The notes beneath the pieces are model-generated. The model was not told the origin of the DNA, ran no database searches, and worked only from the letters and a program-made list of their open reading frames with translations. Source: a virus (taxonomy: Monodnaviria; Loebvirae; Hofneiviricota; Faserviricetes; Tubulavirales; Inoviridae). Taken from it: DNA of 8,503 bases. A program made the translations under genes and the position numbers. Below, piece after piece: positions 1-6,374 of the stretch. The stretch lies in the IMG/VR virus record IMGVR_UViG_2698536505_000016; one strand, given 5' to 3'. Every line of letters begins with the position of its first letter. Positions within the stretch are counted from its first letter, which is position 1.

Positions 1-3
1 ATT

Positions 4-36
4 GGTGCGCATAATGTACGACTCGTTATGTTGAAA
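4..36 (+). other. dif-like XerC/XerD recombination site (candidate attP arm)
   Basis: GGTGCGCATAATGTA at 4-18 matches the XerC arm and start of the central region of E. coli dif (GGTGCGCATAATGTATATTATGTTAAAT, from memory); TTATGTTGAAA at 26-36 resembles the XerD arm TTATGTTAAAT (9 of 11), displaced by about 5 extra central nucleotides. Confidence 0.55.
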
Positions 37-75
37 AGGCCGCTGCGAAAATCGAATCCCGCAGCGGCCTCTTTA
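37..75 (-). terminator. Hairpin with 11-bp GC-rich stem; probable intrinsic terminator of the minus-strand operon, possibly bidirectional
   Basis: AGGCCGCTGCG (37-47) pairs with CGCAGCGGCCT (60-70), 12-nt loop; on the minus strand the stem is followed by TTTTC, and it lies just 3' of the ORF ending at 101. Confidence 0.5.
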
Positions 76-100
76 GCATAACGTCATTGTGCGAACCAAT

Positions 101-580
101 TTATATAGAAATGAAAAACTCCTCTTCATTTCTTCTTTTATAATTGTCATCCCATATGAGTTTTATTCGGTATTTAGTTTTACTTCCAAAGCTTATTCCC
201 GCTAAAATTTCAATTCCATGTTGCGGGTGTAATACCTCATATGGAAATTTATCTTCTACATCATGCATTGAAAGATATTCATTTCCATCGTTATCAGGGA
301 AATGAATCTCTATATTTTTAGCCTCAACTCTCCCTCTATTAAATATCTTGAGCCTATAGTTGTTTTTGGCTATTTTTACGAGGCGAGCACCAAGCTCAGC
401 TTTCATCTCATTAATTGCTGACTTTGTTTCTTTTTCCAGAAGCAACTTACGTAACCTGTCTTGCTCATCCTTTATAACCTTTTGTTCTCTATCGCTTTTT
501 CTCGATTTCATTTCTGACGATATGATAGTGTAAATCGATACTACAAGCGCAGCTAAAGCGATGGCATCACTTGTTGTCAT
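101..580 (-). CDS. Hypothetical membrane-anchored protein, 159 aa: N-terminal TM helix, charged coiled-coil-like segment, C-terminal domain of unknown function
   Basis: ATG at 580-578 overlaps the upstream stop as TAATG; AAGGA Shine-Dalgarno 7 nt upstream; hydrophobic N-terminus AIALAALVVSIYTIISS followed by a K/E/R-rich segment; AT-rich coding sequence by eye. Confidence 0.65.
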   Translation of the reverse strand: MTTSDAIALAALVVSIYTIISSEMKSRKSDREQKVIKDEQDRLRKLLLEKETKSAINEMKAELGARLVKIAKNNYRLKIFNRGRVEAKNIEIHFPDNDGNEYLSMHDVEDKFPYEVLHPQHGIEILAGISFGSKTKYRIKLIWDDNYKRRNEEEFFISI

Positions 581-855
581 TATTTGATCCTTATATTCTT
601 ACTTCCCTTAAATGCCTTTTTGAGCATGTCGTTAAACTGTTTTTGAATGTCTTTTGTTAACTCTTCTTTTATTTCATCTACATGAGCGTCAATACTCACC
701 CCGTTTTCTTGGATTAACTCATCATTAGTAAATTCTTTCCCGCAGCCTACACATCTAACGACTTCAGACTCTTCCTCGTGTTCCATCTCTGTATTTCCGC
801 ACACAGGACATAGCAGGGTAATGTTTCTATTGTATTTCTCAGGATTCAGTTTCAT
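580..855 (-). CDS. Small zinc-ribbon protein, 91 aa, with a CPVCG...CVGCG motif resembling YgiT/MqsA-type zinc fingers
   Basis: ATG at 855-853 with GAGAGGA Shine-Dalgarno 5 nt upstream; two CxxC pairs 19 residues apart; stop overlaps the start of the downstream gene. Confidence 0.65.
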   Translation of the reverse strand: MKLNPEKYNRNITLLCPVCGNTEMEHEEESEVVRCVGCGKEFTNDELIQENGVSIDAHVDEIKEELTKDIQKQFNDMLKKAFKGSKNIRIK

Positions 856-883
856 ATGTTTCCTCTCTTCTACGTTTTATTGA

Positions 884-1306
884 TTACCAGTAATATGAAT
901 TTCTTCTGTGCCACCAATAAAGCAGGCCATATCCGACAATAAGAATCCCGAAGAACATCAGAGACATTCCCCAGCCAGTTCCATACCACGAAACCATATC
1001 ATCGAAAACCAGCCCACCCGTTTCACGAACTCCGGCAGCTTCCTTAAGAATTGGCTTGAATACCGGAATCAGAAGGGCGATCGCCAGTGGAGCACCCCAG
1101 CGAATAAGGCCAGTTTCCATTTTGATCCCGAAAAAGATCCCCGCACCGACAACAAGCAGCCAGACTATCAGGCCAGGCGCAGTTTCCAGTGCTGTTTGCC
1201 ATTCAACATCGAAAGTTTTCATTAGCCAGGCAACAACTGCCAGACAGAAAGCAAATACGCCTACAACAACCAGTTCAACGCCGCTTGTTTCGTTATTTCT
1301 ACTCAT
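884..1306 (-). CDS. Hypothetical integral membrane protein, about 140 aa, four predicted TM helices
   Basis: Internal ATG at 1306-1304 with AAGGA about 8 nt upstream; four hydrophobic stretches; the longer reading from 1453 would run through a hairpin and overlap the upstream gene. Confidence 0.55.
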   Translation of the reverse strand: MSRNNETSGVELVVVGVFAFCLAVVAWLMKTFDVEWQTALETAPGLIVWLLVVGAGIFFGIKMETGLIRWGAPLAIALLIPVFKPILKEAAGVRETGGLVFDDMVSWYGTGWGMSLMFFGILIVGYGLLYWWHRRNSYYW

Positions 1307-1339
1307 CCTTTTGATCCTTTGTTGCTGTTCAAAATCCGC

Positions 1340-1377
1340 ACAATAAAGAACGTGCAGTGTAGGTAATACTGCACGTT
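1340..1377 (-). terminator. Hairpin plus T-rich tract between the regulator gene and the membrane-protein gene; terminator or attenuator
   Basis: Perfect 8-bp inverted repeat CGTGCAGT (1351-1358) / ACTGCACG (1368-1375) with 9-nt loop; followed on the minus strand by TTCTTTATTG. Confidence 0.4.
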
Positions 1378-1394
1378 TGTACCATTCGTGGTAC

Positions 1395-1577
1395 TTAATC
1401 CTTTTGTTTGGCAGACATGAGATCTTCTGCTGCATCTTTAGAGTAGTTATCAATCAGATAACCTAAAATCTCTGTCCATGTAATTGTTTTTCCTAGTTTT
1501 ACACTGGCATTTATAGCCAGTCGTTCTAGTTTCATTTTTCTTTCTTCCGTCACGTTATAAGTCGTGCGCTTTGCCAT
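1395..1577 (-). CDS. Putative small DNA-binding regulator, 60 aa, ribbon-helix-helix-like (candidate phage repressor)
   Basis: ATG at 1577; N-terminal short beta-strand-like segment (RTTYNVT) followed by two predicted helices, the pattern of Arc/MetJ/CopG regulators; transcribed divergently from gII. Confidence 0.45.
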   Translation of the reverse strand: MAKRTTYNVTEERKMKLERLAINASVKLGKTITWTEILGYLIDNYSKDAAEDLMSAKQKD

Positions 1578-1746
1578 TTTTTACGCTCGTTCAATGCAAT
1601 ATTTGAAGTGAGTATACATGCTCGTGAACTCATACCATCCAAGCCTCTTGAACTCACTAGCTCACTGGTGTAATGTTAAAACACTAATGAACTACTGAAC
1701 TCATGTGTTAGTAAGTCGTCATTTTTGCAATTTTGAGGATTTATTC
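1578..1746. promoter_or_regulatory. Divergent control region between the regulator gene and gII; contains direct repeats (candidate operators or iterons) and candidate promoters
   Basis: Three 13-nt direct repeats, CTCGTGAACTCAT (1621-1633), CTCTTGAACTCAC (1645-1657), CTACTGAACTCAT (1692-1704), plus partial TGAACTAC (1688-1695); plus-strand TTGAAC (1648-1653), 17-nt spacer, TAATGT (1671-1676); minus-strand TATACT -10-like hexamer (complement of 1611-1616). Confidence 0.4.
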
Positions 1747-2799
1747 GTGATCGATTGGCTTACCGGGATTTTCCCTTGCACACACAAACCGCTTCCGGCG
1801 GGGAGTGTTGTCAGCGTTGATGCTGACGGTGCAATTGAGTGGGAAACCGTTAAGCGACTGACTGTTCGCGGTTCGCATGAAGCAACGATGAAAGTACGAT
1901 CGATAGGATCTAATGGCGAAGGTAAAGCGACACATTTGTACATTGATGGTAATCCTTCCAAGTTTCTGCAGGGGCATTCTGTTGTTGGGTCGGATGATAT
2001 ACAAGGGCTCATGTTGACGGTCTATGCCAGGATTTTATCCTTATTGAATATTCCTCATGATTTAGCGTCTTATAAAGCCGTTATGGCAGGTCAGTATAAA
2101 ATTTCACGTGTTGACATTAATTACATGTATTCATTATCTACGCTGGAAAATGTCAGATCATGGCTTTATGCCGCCGAATTTAAAGCTAAAACACGCCATG
2201 GTCGCGCATGTGGGAAAGGCGGTACAGTTTATTTAGGTAAAAACTCCCGTCGATGGAGTCTGAAATTTTATTCAAAATATGATGAACACGTTTCTGGTAA
2301 AAAAGGGCACCAGATAGCCGAAGAGTTTGTACGAGCCGGGTTACTGGACTGGACGAAAGATAAATTACGTATTGAATTAACATTAAGAACAACTGAGCTT
2401 ATTGATTTAAATTTAACGCTTGGCGCTAACTGGAATATGAAAACACCACGTCAATTATTCTCTGAATATGTAGGGAGAATAGAAATGAATCAGAATGCTA
2501 TTTTAAGTGATGAAAAAATAACGAAACTGCCAAGAAAAATACAGTCAACTTATTTACTTTGGAAACAAGGGGCTAACATGAAAGAAATGTTACCTCATAA
2601 CACTTTTTATCGCCATAGAAGAGAATTGCTTTCGTTCGGTATCGATATTAATTTCTATTGTGATTCACCAGACTCTAATAACGTTGTTCCGCTAATAAGA
2701 ACGCTGGAAGCCAAGCCAGCGGAAATCCCCTTATGGATTTATGAGAAAGGTTTTATTTTCGATTACAACCGTATTTCGCACGCCAGTAGCTGGCATTAA
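1747..2799 (+). CDS. gII: Replication initiation protein pII (rolling-circle nickase), about 350 aa
   Basis: GTG start at 1747 preceded by GAGGA (1735-1739); product then begins MIDWLTGIFP, like M13 pII (MIDMLVLRLPF); internal motifs GNPSKFLQGHSVVG and NNVVPL resemble M13 pII. The ORF track start at 1705 is also GTG, with no Shine-Dalgarno. Confidence 0.85.
   Translation: MIDWLTGIFPCTHKPLPAGSVVSVDADGAIEWETVKRLTVRGSHEATMKVRSIGSNGEGKATHLYIDGNPSKFLQGHSVVGSDDIQGLMLTVYARILSLLNIPHDLASYKAVMAGQYKISRVDINYMYSLSTLENVRSWLYAAEFKAKTRHGRACGKGGTVYLGKNSRRWSLKFYSKYDEHVSGKKGHQIAEEFVRAGLLDWTKDKLRIELTLRTTELIDLNLTLGANWNMKTPRQLFSEYVGRIEMNQNAILSDEKITKLPRKIQSTYLLWKQGANMKEMLPHNTFYRHRRELLSFGIDINFYCDSPDSNNVVPLIRTLEAKPAEIPLWIYEKGFIFDYNRISHASSWH
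2485..2799 (+). CDS. gX: Candidate gene X product: in-frame internal start within gII giving its C-terminal 104 aa
   Basis: ATG at 2485 preceded by AGGGAG (2472-2477) at 7-nt spacing; Ff phages make pX from an internal start in gII of similar size (111 aa in M13). Confidence 0.4.
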   Translation: MNQNAILSDEKITKLPRKIQSTYLLWKQGANMKEMLPHNTFYRHRRELLSFGIDINFYCDSPDSNNVVPLIRTLEAKPAEIPLWIYEKGFIFDYNRISHASSWH

Positions 2800-2810
2800 A
2801 GGAAAGTAAT

Positions 2811-3128
2811 ATGTCTAATTATGGTCTTTTCGTTAAGGGTAAAATGTTGGGAGCCCGCCAACGTAATAAAGTTAATGGTCAGGGCTATTATAATGAAATT
2901 GGTATTGGCCTTGAAATACCTGATGGTTTTGGTGGTACAAAGCAGGATCAAATTATTATTCGAGTTTCTCAGGCTCTCGTTAACGCAGGTCTAATGAACC
3001 AGGCGAATGCTTTCATTGGGAAATTAGTTCAAATTCCTGTCTATGTCCGTGCGTGGTCAATGGAGGGTAGGGAAGGTGTAACTTATAATGTTGCTTCCGA
3101 TGGTGGCATCGCAGAGATCAAAGGTTAA
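2811..3128 (+). CDS. Gene-V-position protein, 105 aa; putative ssDNA-binding protein by synteny, divergent from Ff gVp
   Basis: ATG at 2811 with GGAAAG Shine-Dalgarno directly after the gII stop; sits between gII and gVII; little obvious similarity to M13 gVp by eye. Confidence 0.5.
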   Translation: MSNYGLFVKGKMLGARQRNKVNGQGYYNEIGIGLEIPDGFGGTKQDQIIIRVSQALVNAGLMNQANAFIGKLVQIPVYVRAWSMEGREGVTYNVASDGGIAEIKG

Positions 3129-3130
3129 AT

Positions 3131-3217
3131 ATGGACGATGTTATTCAAATTTTGATAGCGTCTGGCATCGTTATTTCTTTTGGCCTCGGCGCGATTACTG
3201 CGGGGGTCTTTCGTTAA
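3131..3217 (+). CDS. gVII: Minor coat protein pVII, 28 aa, hydrophobic
   Basis: ATG at 3131 with AAGG upstream; product MDDVIQILIASGIVISFGLGAITAGVFR resembles M13 pVII in size and C-terminus; stop overlaps the next start as TAATG. Confidence 0.55.
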   Translation: MDDVIQILIASGIVISFGLGAITAGVFR

Positions 3218-3312
3218 TGTATATCGTTTATTTCTTCGGGGCTTATACCTTTGGTTTTGCCCTTTTCTATGCGGTCGGTTCATTTAAATCATTTTCTGAC
3301 CGATTAATGTAA
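3217..3312 (+). CDS. gIX: Minor coat protein pIX, 31 aa, hydrophobic
   Basis: ATG at 3217 overlapping the gVII stop; product MYIVYFFGAYTFGFALFYAVGSFKSFSDRLM; size and position match Ff pIX. Confidence 0.55.
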   Translation: MYIVYFFGAYTFGFALFYAVGSFKSFSDRLM

Positions 3313-3331
3313 ACTTAATGGAGTTATTCCT

Positions 3332-3574
3332 ATGAAAATTCTGTCTACTGTTAAATATAAAATTGCTCTGGCTTCAACTGCGCTTTTTATTTCTGCAAGT
3401 TCTTTTGCGGCTGAAGGCGCTACAGGTGGTACTGATTATGCAGGTCAGGCAATGGATGCTTTGTTGACTCAGGCAAATGATCTCATTGGTAAAGTATGGC
3501 CTGTTGTTGTTGCTGTGGTTGGCGCTGGGCTTGCCATTCGTATTTTCAAAAAATTCTCTTCAAAAGCGGTTTGA
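3332..3574 (+). CDS. gVIII: Major coat protein pVIII precursor, 80 aa, signal peptide plus about 54-aa mature protein
   Basis: GGAG Shine-Dalgarno 8 nt upstream; likely cleavage at SFA/AEG; mature C-terminus ...[13 protein letters not shown] closely matches IKe/M13 coat protein (...LFKKF(S/T)SKA) from memory. Confidence 0.9.
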   Translation: MKILSTVKYKIALASTALFISASSFAAEGATGGTDYAGQAMDALLTQANDLIGKVWPVVVAVVGAGLAIRIFKKFSSKAV

Positions 3575-3582
3575 ATTTCACT

Positions 3583-3608
3583 CAGGGGCACTCGTTGCCC
3601 CTTTATTA
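3583..3608 (+). terminator. Rho-independent terminator after gVIII
   Basis: 7-bp stem AGGGGCA / TGCCCCT with 5-nt loop, followed by TTTATT; same position as the central terminator of Ff phages. Confidence 0.7.
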
Positions 3609-3620
3609 AAGCGGGTTACT

Positions 3621-4931
3621 ATGAGAAGGAAAATATTAATTCTTTCCGCTGTCCTCATTTCTCCTTTTTCACATGCTGAGTCATGGGAAAGCATTACTAA
3701 ATCCACTTATCAAAGTTCTGCCTACGCTGAAAGTAAGCAAATAACCAATCAGGATGGCTCTAAGATAACGGTTTACTATATTGATGCTGCTATGCAGGCC
3801 TCCGCTTGTCAGGGTGCTAAATCCAGTGCTCAGAGTGTATTTACTCGGATTAAACCAACTTATGAGGGTATCTGGCCTGATTCTGAATTCCGTCTTGTTT
3901 TTACTGGCGATTGTACTTACAGCGATTCACCAGGGCAGAAGGATAAATATTGGTCTTTAACGGCTTATATTGTTGGTAATATTCAGCGTTCTGTTCCTGA
4001 TGAAAAACCTACTGACCCGACACCAGAAGAAATTTGTGAAGCGAAGCCGCCAGAAGAAGGTGTATTTAATAATGTTGATTCATATGATGGTGGTCGCTAT
4101 ATCTACTATAACGGCTGTGAATATGAGGCTACTGGTGTCATTGTTTGTCAGGGTGATGGTACTGTTTGCGCTGCAACATGGAAGCCTACAGGTGCTGTAG
4201 CTGACCCCTCTGATAAACCCTCACCCCCCCAAAATGGTGGTGGTGAGTCCGGCGGTGGTGAGTCCAGCGGTGGTGAGTCCGGTGGTGGTGAGTCCGGTGG
4301 TGGTGAGTCCGGTGGTGGTGAGTCCGGCGGTGGTGAGTCCGGTGGTGGTGAGTCCGGCGGTGGTGAGTCCGGTGGCGGTAGTTCTGGCGGTGGCTCTAGT
4401 GGTTCCAGTCTTTCTAAAGGTGATATTCAGTCTGCGATCGAAGGTGCTTCACCCAAAATAGCCAGCGATATTCATGATAAATTAACGGAGAAAGACACTT
4501 CATCAGATGATAAAAAAAATGCCGATGAACAAACCAGGAATAATATAAATCGTCTTGACGATTCCATTAACAATCTTACGCGGGGGGCTGGCCGTTTTGC
4601 TGACCCTTCAGGTGGTGATTCTCGTTATGGAAAGGGCGACTCTGAATTAGATGGCGCTTCTACTTTAGCTGATTCTGAATTGGGAATTGAAAAGGATTCT
4701 CACGGTGCTTTATGGGAAGCATTTTTAAATAAAGGTGCTATGCTGCCTAATTTACCCAATGGTAACGGCTGCTCTGATTTTATTATTTTTCCCGGAGAGA
4801 TTTATCAGATTGATATTGGTTGCGATAAATTACTGACTATTAAAGATGTTCTTTCATGGGTTTTTTATTGCCTTACGTTCTGGTATGTCTTTACTTCTTT
4901 AACTTCATTGCTTCGCAAAGGGGGTGAGTGA
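3621..4931 (+). CDS. gIII: Adsorption/minor coat protein pIII, 436 aa: signal peptide, Cys-containing N-terminal domains, (GGGES)n linker, C-terminal membrane anchor
   Basis: ATG at 3621 after the terminator (track start 3477 overlaps gVIII); C-terminus ...[36 protein letters not shown] resembles the M13 pIII anchor; glycine-rich linker typical of pIII. Confidence 0.85.
   Translation: MRRKILILSAVLISPFSHAESWESITKSTYQSSAYAESKQITNQDGSKITVYYIDAAMQASACQGAKSSAQSVFTRIKPTYEGIWPDSEFRLVFTGDCTYSDSPGQKDKYWSLTAYIVGNIQRSVPDEKPTDPTPEEICEAKPPEEGVFNNVDSYDGGRYIYYNGCEYEATGVIVCQGDGTVCAATWKPTGAVADPSDKPSPPQNGGGESGGGESSGGESGGGESGGGESGGGESGGGESGGGESGGGESGGGSSGGGSSGSSLSKGDIQSAIEGASPKIASDIHDKLTEKDTSSDDKKNADEQTRNNINRLDDSINNLTRGAGRFADPSGGDSRYGKGDSELDGASTLADSELGIEKDSHGALWEAFLNKGAMLPNLPNGNGCSDFIIFPGEIYQIDIGCDKLLTIKDVLSWVFYCLTFWYVFTSLTSLLRKGGE
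4236..4400 (+). repeat. Tandem 15-bp repeat array inside gIII, about 9 near-perfect and 2 degenerate units, encoding (GGGES)n
   Basis: GG(T/C)GGTGGTGAGTCC repeated head-to-tail from 4236 to 4370, in frame with gIII, then two degenerate units to 4400. Confidence 0.9.
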
Positions 4932-5272
4932 TGCCTTTATTATTAGGTATTCCTGCATTGTTGCGTTTTCTTATTGGTCTTGTTCCTTTGTTTATTGGCT
5001 ATGTGGCGAGTTTTTTAGCTCGACTTGCTACCAGAACAGGATTAATCGCCTTTGCATTGGTCGCATTAATTACAACAACTGTTACGCTTTTAATGCAGTA
5101 CCTTGCTGAGGTCATGTATAACGGTTTACCTGCTGATTTCTCCCATTTAATGGCGTCTGTATTGCCTGACCATTTTCAGGCGTGTGTTAACGTTATTATG
5201 GTTACTCGTATCAGTGTTTTTGTTTTCGATTTAAAACAAAAATTTCTTGATTATGCAAACAGGGTGATTTAA
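4931..5272 (+). CDS. gVI: Minor coat protein pVI, 113 aa
   Basis: ATG at 4931 overlaps the gIII stop (TGATG); [14 protein letters not shown]... and ...FVFDLKQKF... resemble M13 pVI (MPVLLGIPLLLRFL..., ...FIFDVKQKI...). Confidence 0.9.
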   Translation: MPLLLGIPALLRFLIGLVPLFIGYVASFLARLATRTGLIAFALVALITTTVTLLMQYLAEVMYNGLPADFSHLMASVLPDHFQACVNVIMVTRISVFVFDLKQKFLDYANRVI

Positions 5273-6367
5273 ATGGCGGTTTATGTAGTAACAGGCAAAT
5301 TAGGCTCAGGCAAGACACTTGTTAGTGTTTCCAGAATACAGGAAAGACTTGCTAAGGGTTGTCCTGTTGCCACTAATCTTGATCTTAAATTGCATAATAT
5401 GCCTATGGTTGGGCGTTATGCGAAAAAAACGCGCGTTATTCGCATTCCTGACAAGCCTTCATTAAATGATTTACTTGCTATTGGTATTGGGAATACATCT
5501 TACGATGAATCCCGTAATGGCCTCCTTGTACTTGATGAATGTGGTACTTGGTTTAATTCCCGCTCATGGGGTGATAAAGACAGACAACCTGTTATTGACT
5601 GGTTTTTACATGCCAGAAAATTAGGCTGGGATATTATATTTTTGATTCAGGATATTTCGATAATGGATAAGCAAGCTCGTCTGGCGCTTGCTGAGCATGT
5701 TGTTTATTGTCGCCGTTCAGATAAATTAAACATTCCTTTTGTTGGCTCCATTATGAATTTGGTTTCAGGGGCGAGATTTTCTTTACCAAAGGTACACTTT
5801 GGCATTGTCAAATATGGTGATAATGTTAATTCAATCACTGTTGATAAATGGATATATACAGGAAAATCTCTTTATTCTGCTTACAATACCAAACAAGCGT
5901 TCACAGATAATTATCCTCATGGCGCATTTTCGCTTTTGCCACCATTTATCACGCACGGTCAATTTTCTGTTCACAGAGGATTTAGTTATTATATGCGCCT
6001 CACTAAAATTTATTTTCGCAAATCGAACCGTCTTATATTAATGCTTTCTTTTTTGGCGCTGGGGCTTGCGTTTGGTTTCTGGCTCCAGTCTGGAAAGAAT
6101 GTTGATGAAATCTCAGCTATTAAATCTGCTTATGCTGAACAGGCGAGGGCGGTAACGCCTGATTCGTCCAGTGACTTACCCCGACTTTCTATTAATTCTT
6201 TTTCACAACTTGGCTTTGACGTTTCCGTTACGTTTGTTGATGCAAAAGGCATGAAATATCAGTATTTTGATTTGATTAAAGATGGTTATTCCGTTGATAT
6301 TAAAGATGCCTGTCGTGTTGTTATTAGAAAAGGCCGTTATTTACAGACTGTTACCTGTCAGGAGTAA
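5273..6367 (+). CDS. gI: Assembly ATPase pI (Zot-like), 364 aa, Walker A GKLGSGKT
   Basis: Start abuts the gVI stop; N-terminal about 160 aa is highly similar to M13 pI (MAVYFVTGKLGSGKTLVSV..., LLVLDECGTWFN..., AEHVVYCRR...). Confidence 0.95.
   Translation: MAVYVVTGKLGSGKTLVSVSRIQERLAKGCPVATNLDLKLHNMPMVGRYAKKTRVIRIPDKPSLNDLLAIGIGNTSYDESRNGLLVLDECGTWFNSRSWGDKDRQPVIDWFLHARKLGWDIIFLIQDISIMDKQARLALAEHVVYCRRSDKLNIPFVGSIMNLVSGARFSLPKVHFGIVKYGDNVNSITVDKWIYTGKSLYSAYNTKQAFTDNYPHGAFSLLPPFITHGQFSVHRGFSYYMRLTKIYFRKSNRLILMLSFLALGLAFGFWLQSGKNVDEISAIKSAYAEQARAVTPDSSSDLPRLSINSFSQLGFDVSVTFVDAKGMKYQYFDLIKDGYSVDIKDACRVVIRKGRYLQTVTCQE
5993..6367 (+). CDS. gXI: Candidate pXI: in-frame internal start at Met241 of pI
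   Basis: ATG at 5993 is Met241 of pI, the same position as the pXI start in M13, immediately before the predicted TM segment (MRLTKIYFRK...). Confidence 0.45.
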   Translation: MRLTKIYFRKSNRLILMLSFLALGLAFGFWLQSGKNVDEISAIKSAYAEQARAVTPDSSSDLPRLSINSFSQLGFDVSVTFVDAKGMKYQYFDLIKDGYSVDIKDACRVVIRKGRYLQTVTCQE

Positions 6368-6374
6368 TATTATT

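Larger units (their letters stand above)
1..99. repeat. Left copy of the 99-bp exact terminal direct repeat; itself an imperfect palindrome (candidate attP region)
   Basis: Read directly: 1-99 equals 8405-8503. Internally, 1-17 pairs with 84-100, 24-35 with 72-83, 37-47 with 60-70; 18-23 is an unpaired bulge and 48-59 the loop. Confidence 0.9.

Noticed and set aside
37-70. GC-rich hairpin as a host REP element, with the repeats as host-prophage junctions
   Set aside because: The hairpin is part of the exact 99-bp terminal repeat and of the larger palindrome with dif-like arms, so it is more simply phage attP/terminator sequence; a host origin cannot be fully excluded without flanking sequence.
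908-1346. Plus-strand ORFs 908-1225 and 1056-1346
   Set aside because: Antisense to the 4-TM membrane protein gene; no ribosome-binding sites and low-complexity products.
884-1453. Long form of the membrane-protein ORF starting at 1453
   Set aside because: The extension overlaps the regulator gene and runs through the 1351-1375 hairpin; an internal ATG at 1306 with a Shine-Dalgarno gives a compact TM protein.
1719-2392. Minus-strand ORFs 1719-2012, 1741-2004 and 2186-2392
   Set aside because: Entirely inside gII on the opposite strand; gII has clear pII homology.
3477-3620. Upstream-extended start of gIII at 3477
   Set aside because: Would overlap gVIII and read through its terminator; ATG 3621 gives a typical signal peptide.
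4236-4400. Possible CRISPR array
   Set aside because: Units are contiguous 15-bp repeats with no spacers and lie in frame within a coding sequence.
4234-4461. Plus-strand ORF encoding a VVSPA-type repeat protein
   Set aside because: It is the +1 frame reading of the 15-bp tandem repeat inside gIII; the in-frame (GGGES)n reading is part of a protein with clear pIII features.
4924-5109. ORF 4924-5109 in an alternate frame of gVI
   Set aside because: Overlaps the well-supported pVI frame; Cys/Tyr-rich low-complexity product.
6282-6374. Upstream-extended start of gIV at 6282
   Set aside because: Overlaps the end of gI; ATG 6375 has a GGAG Shine-Dalgarno and yields a signal peptide like M13 pIV.
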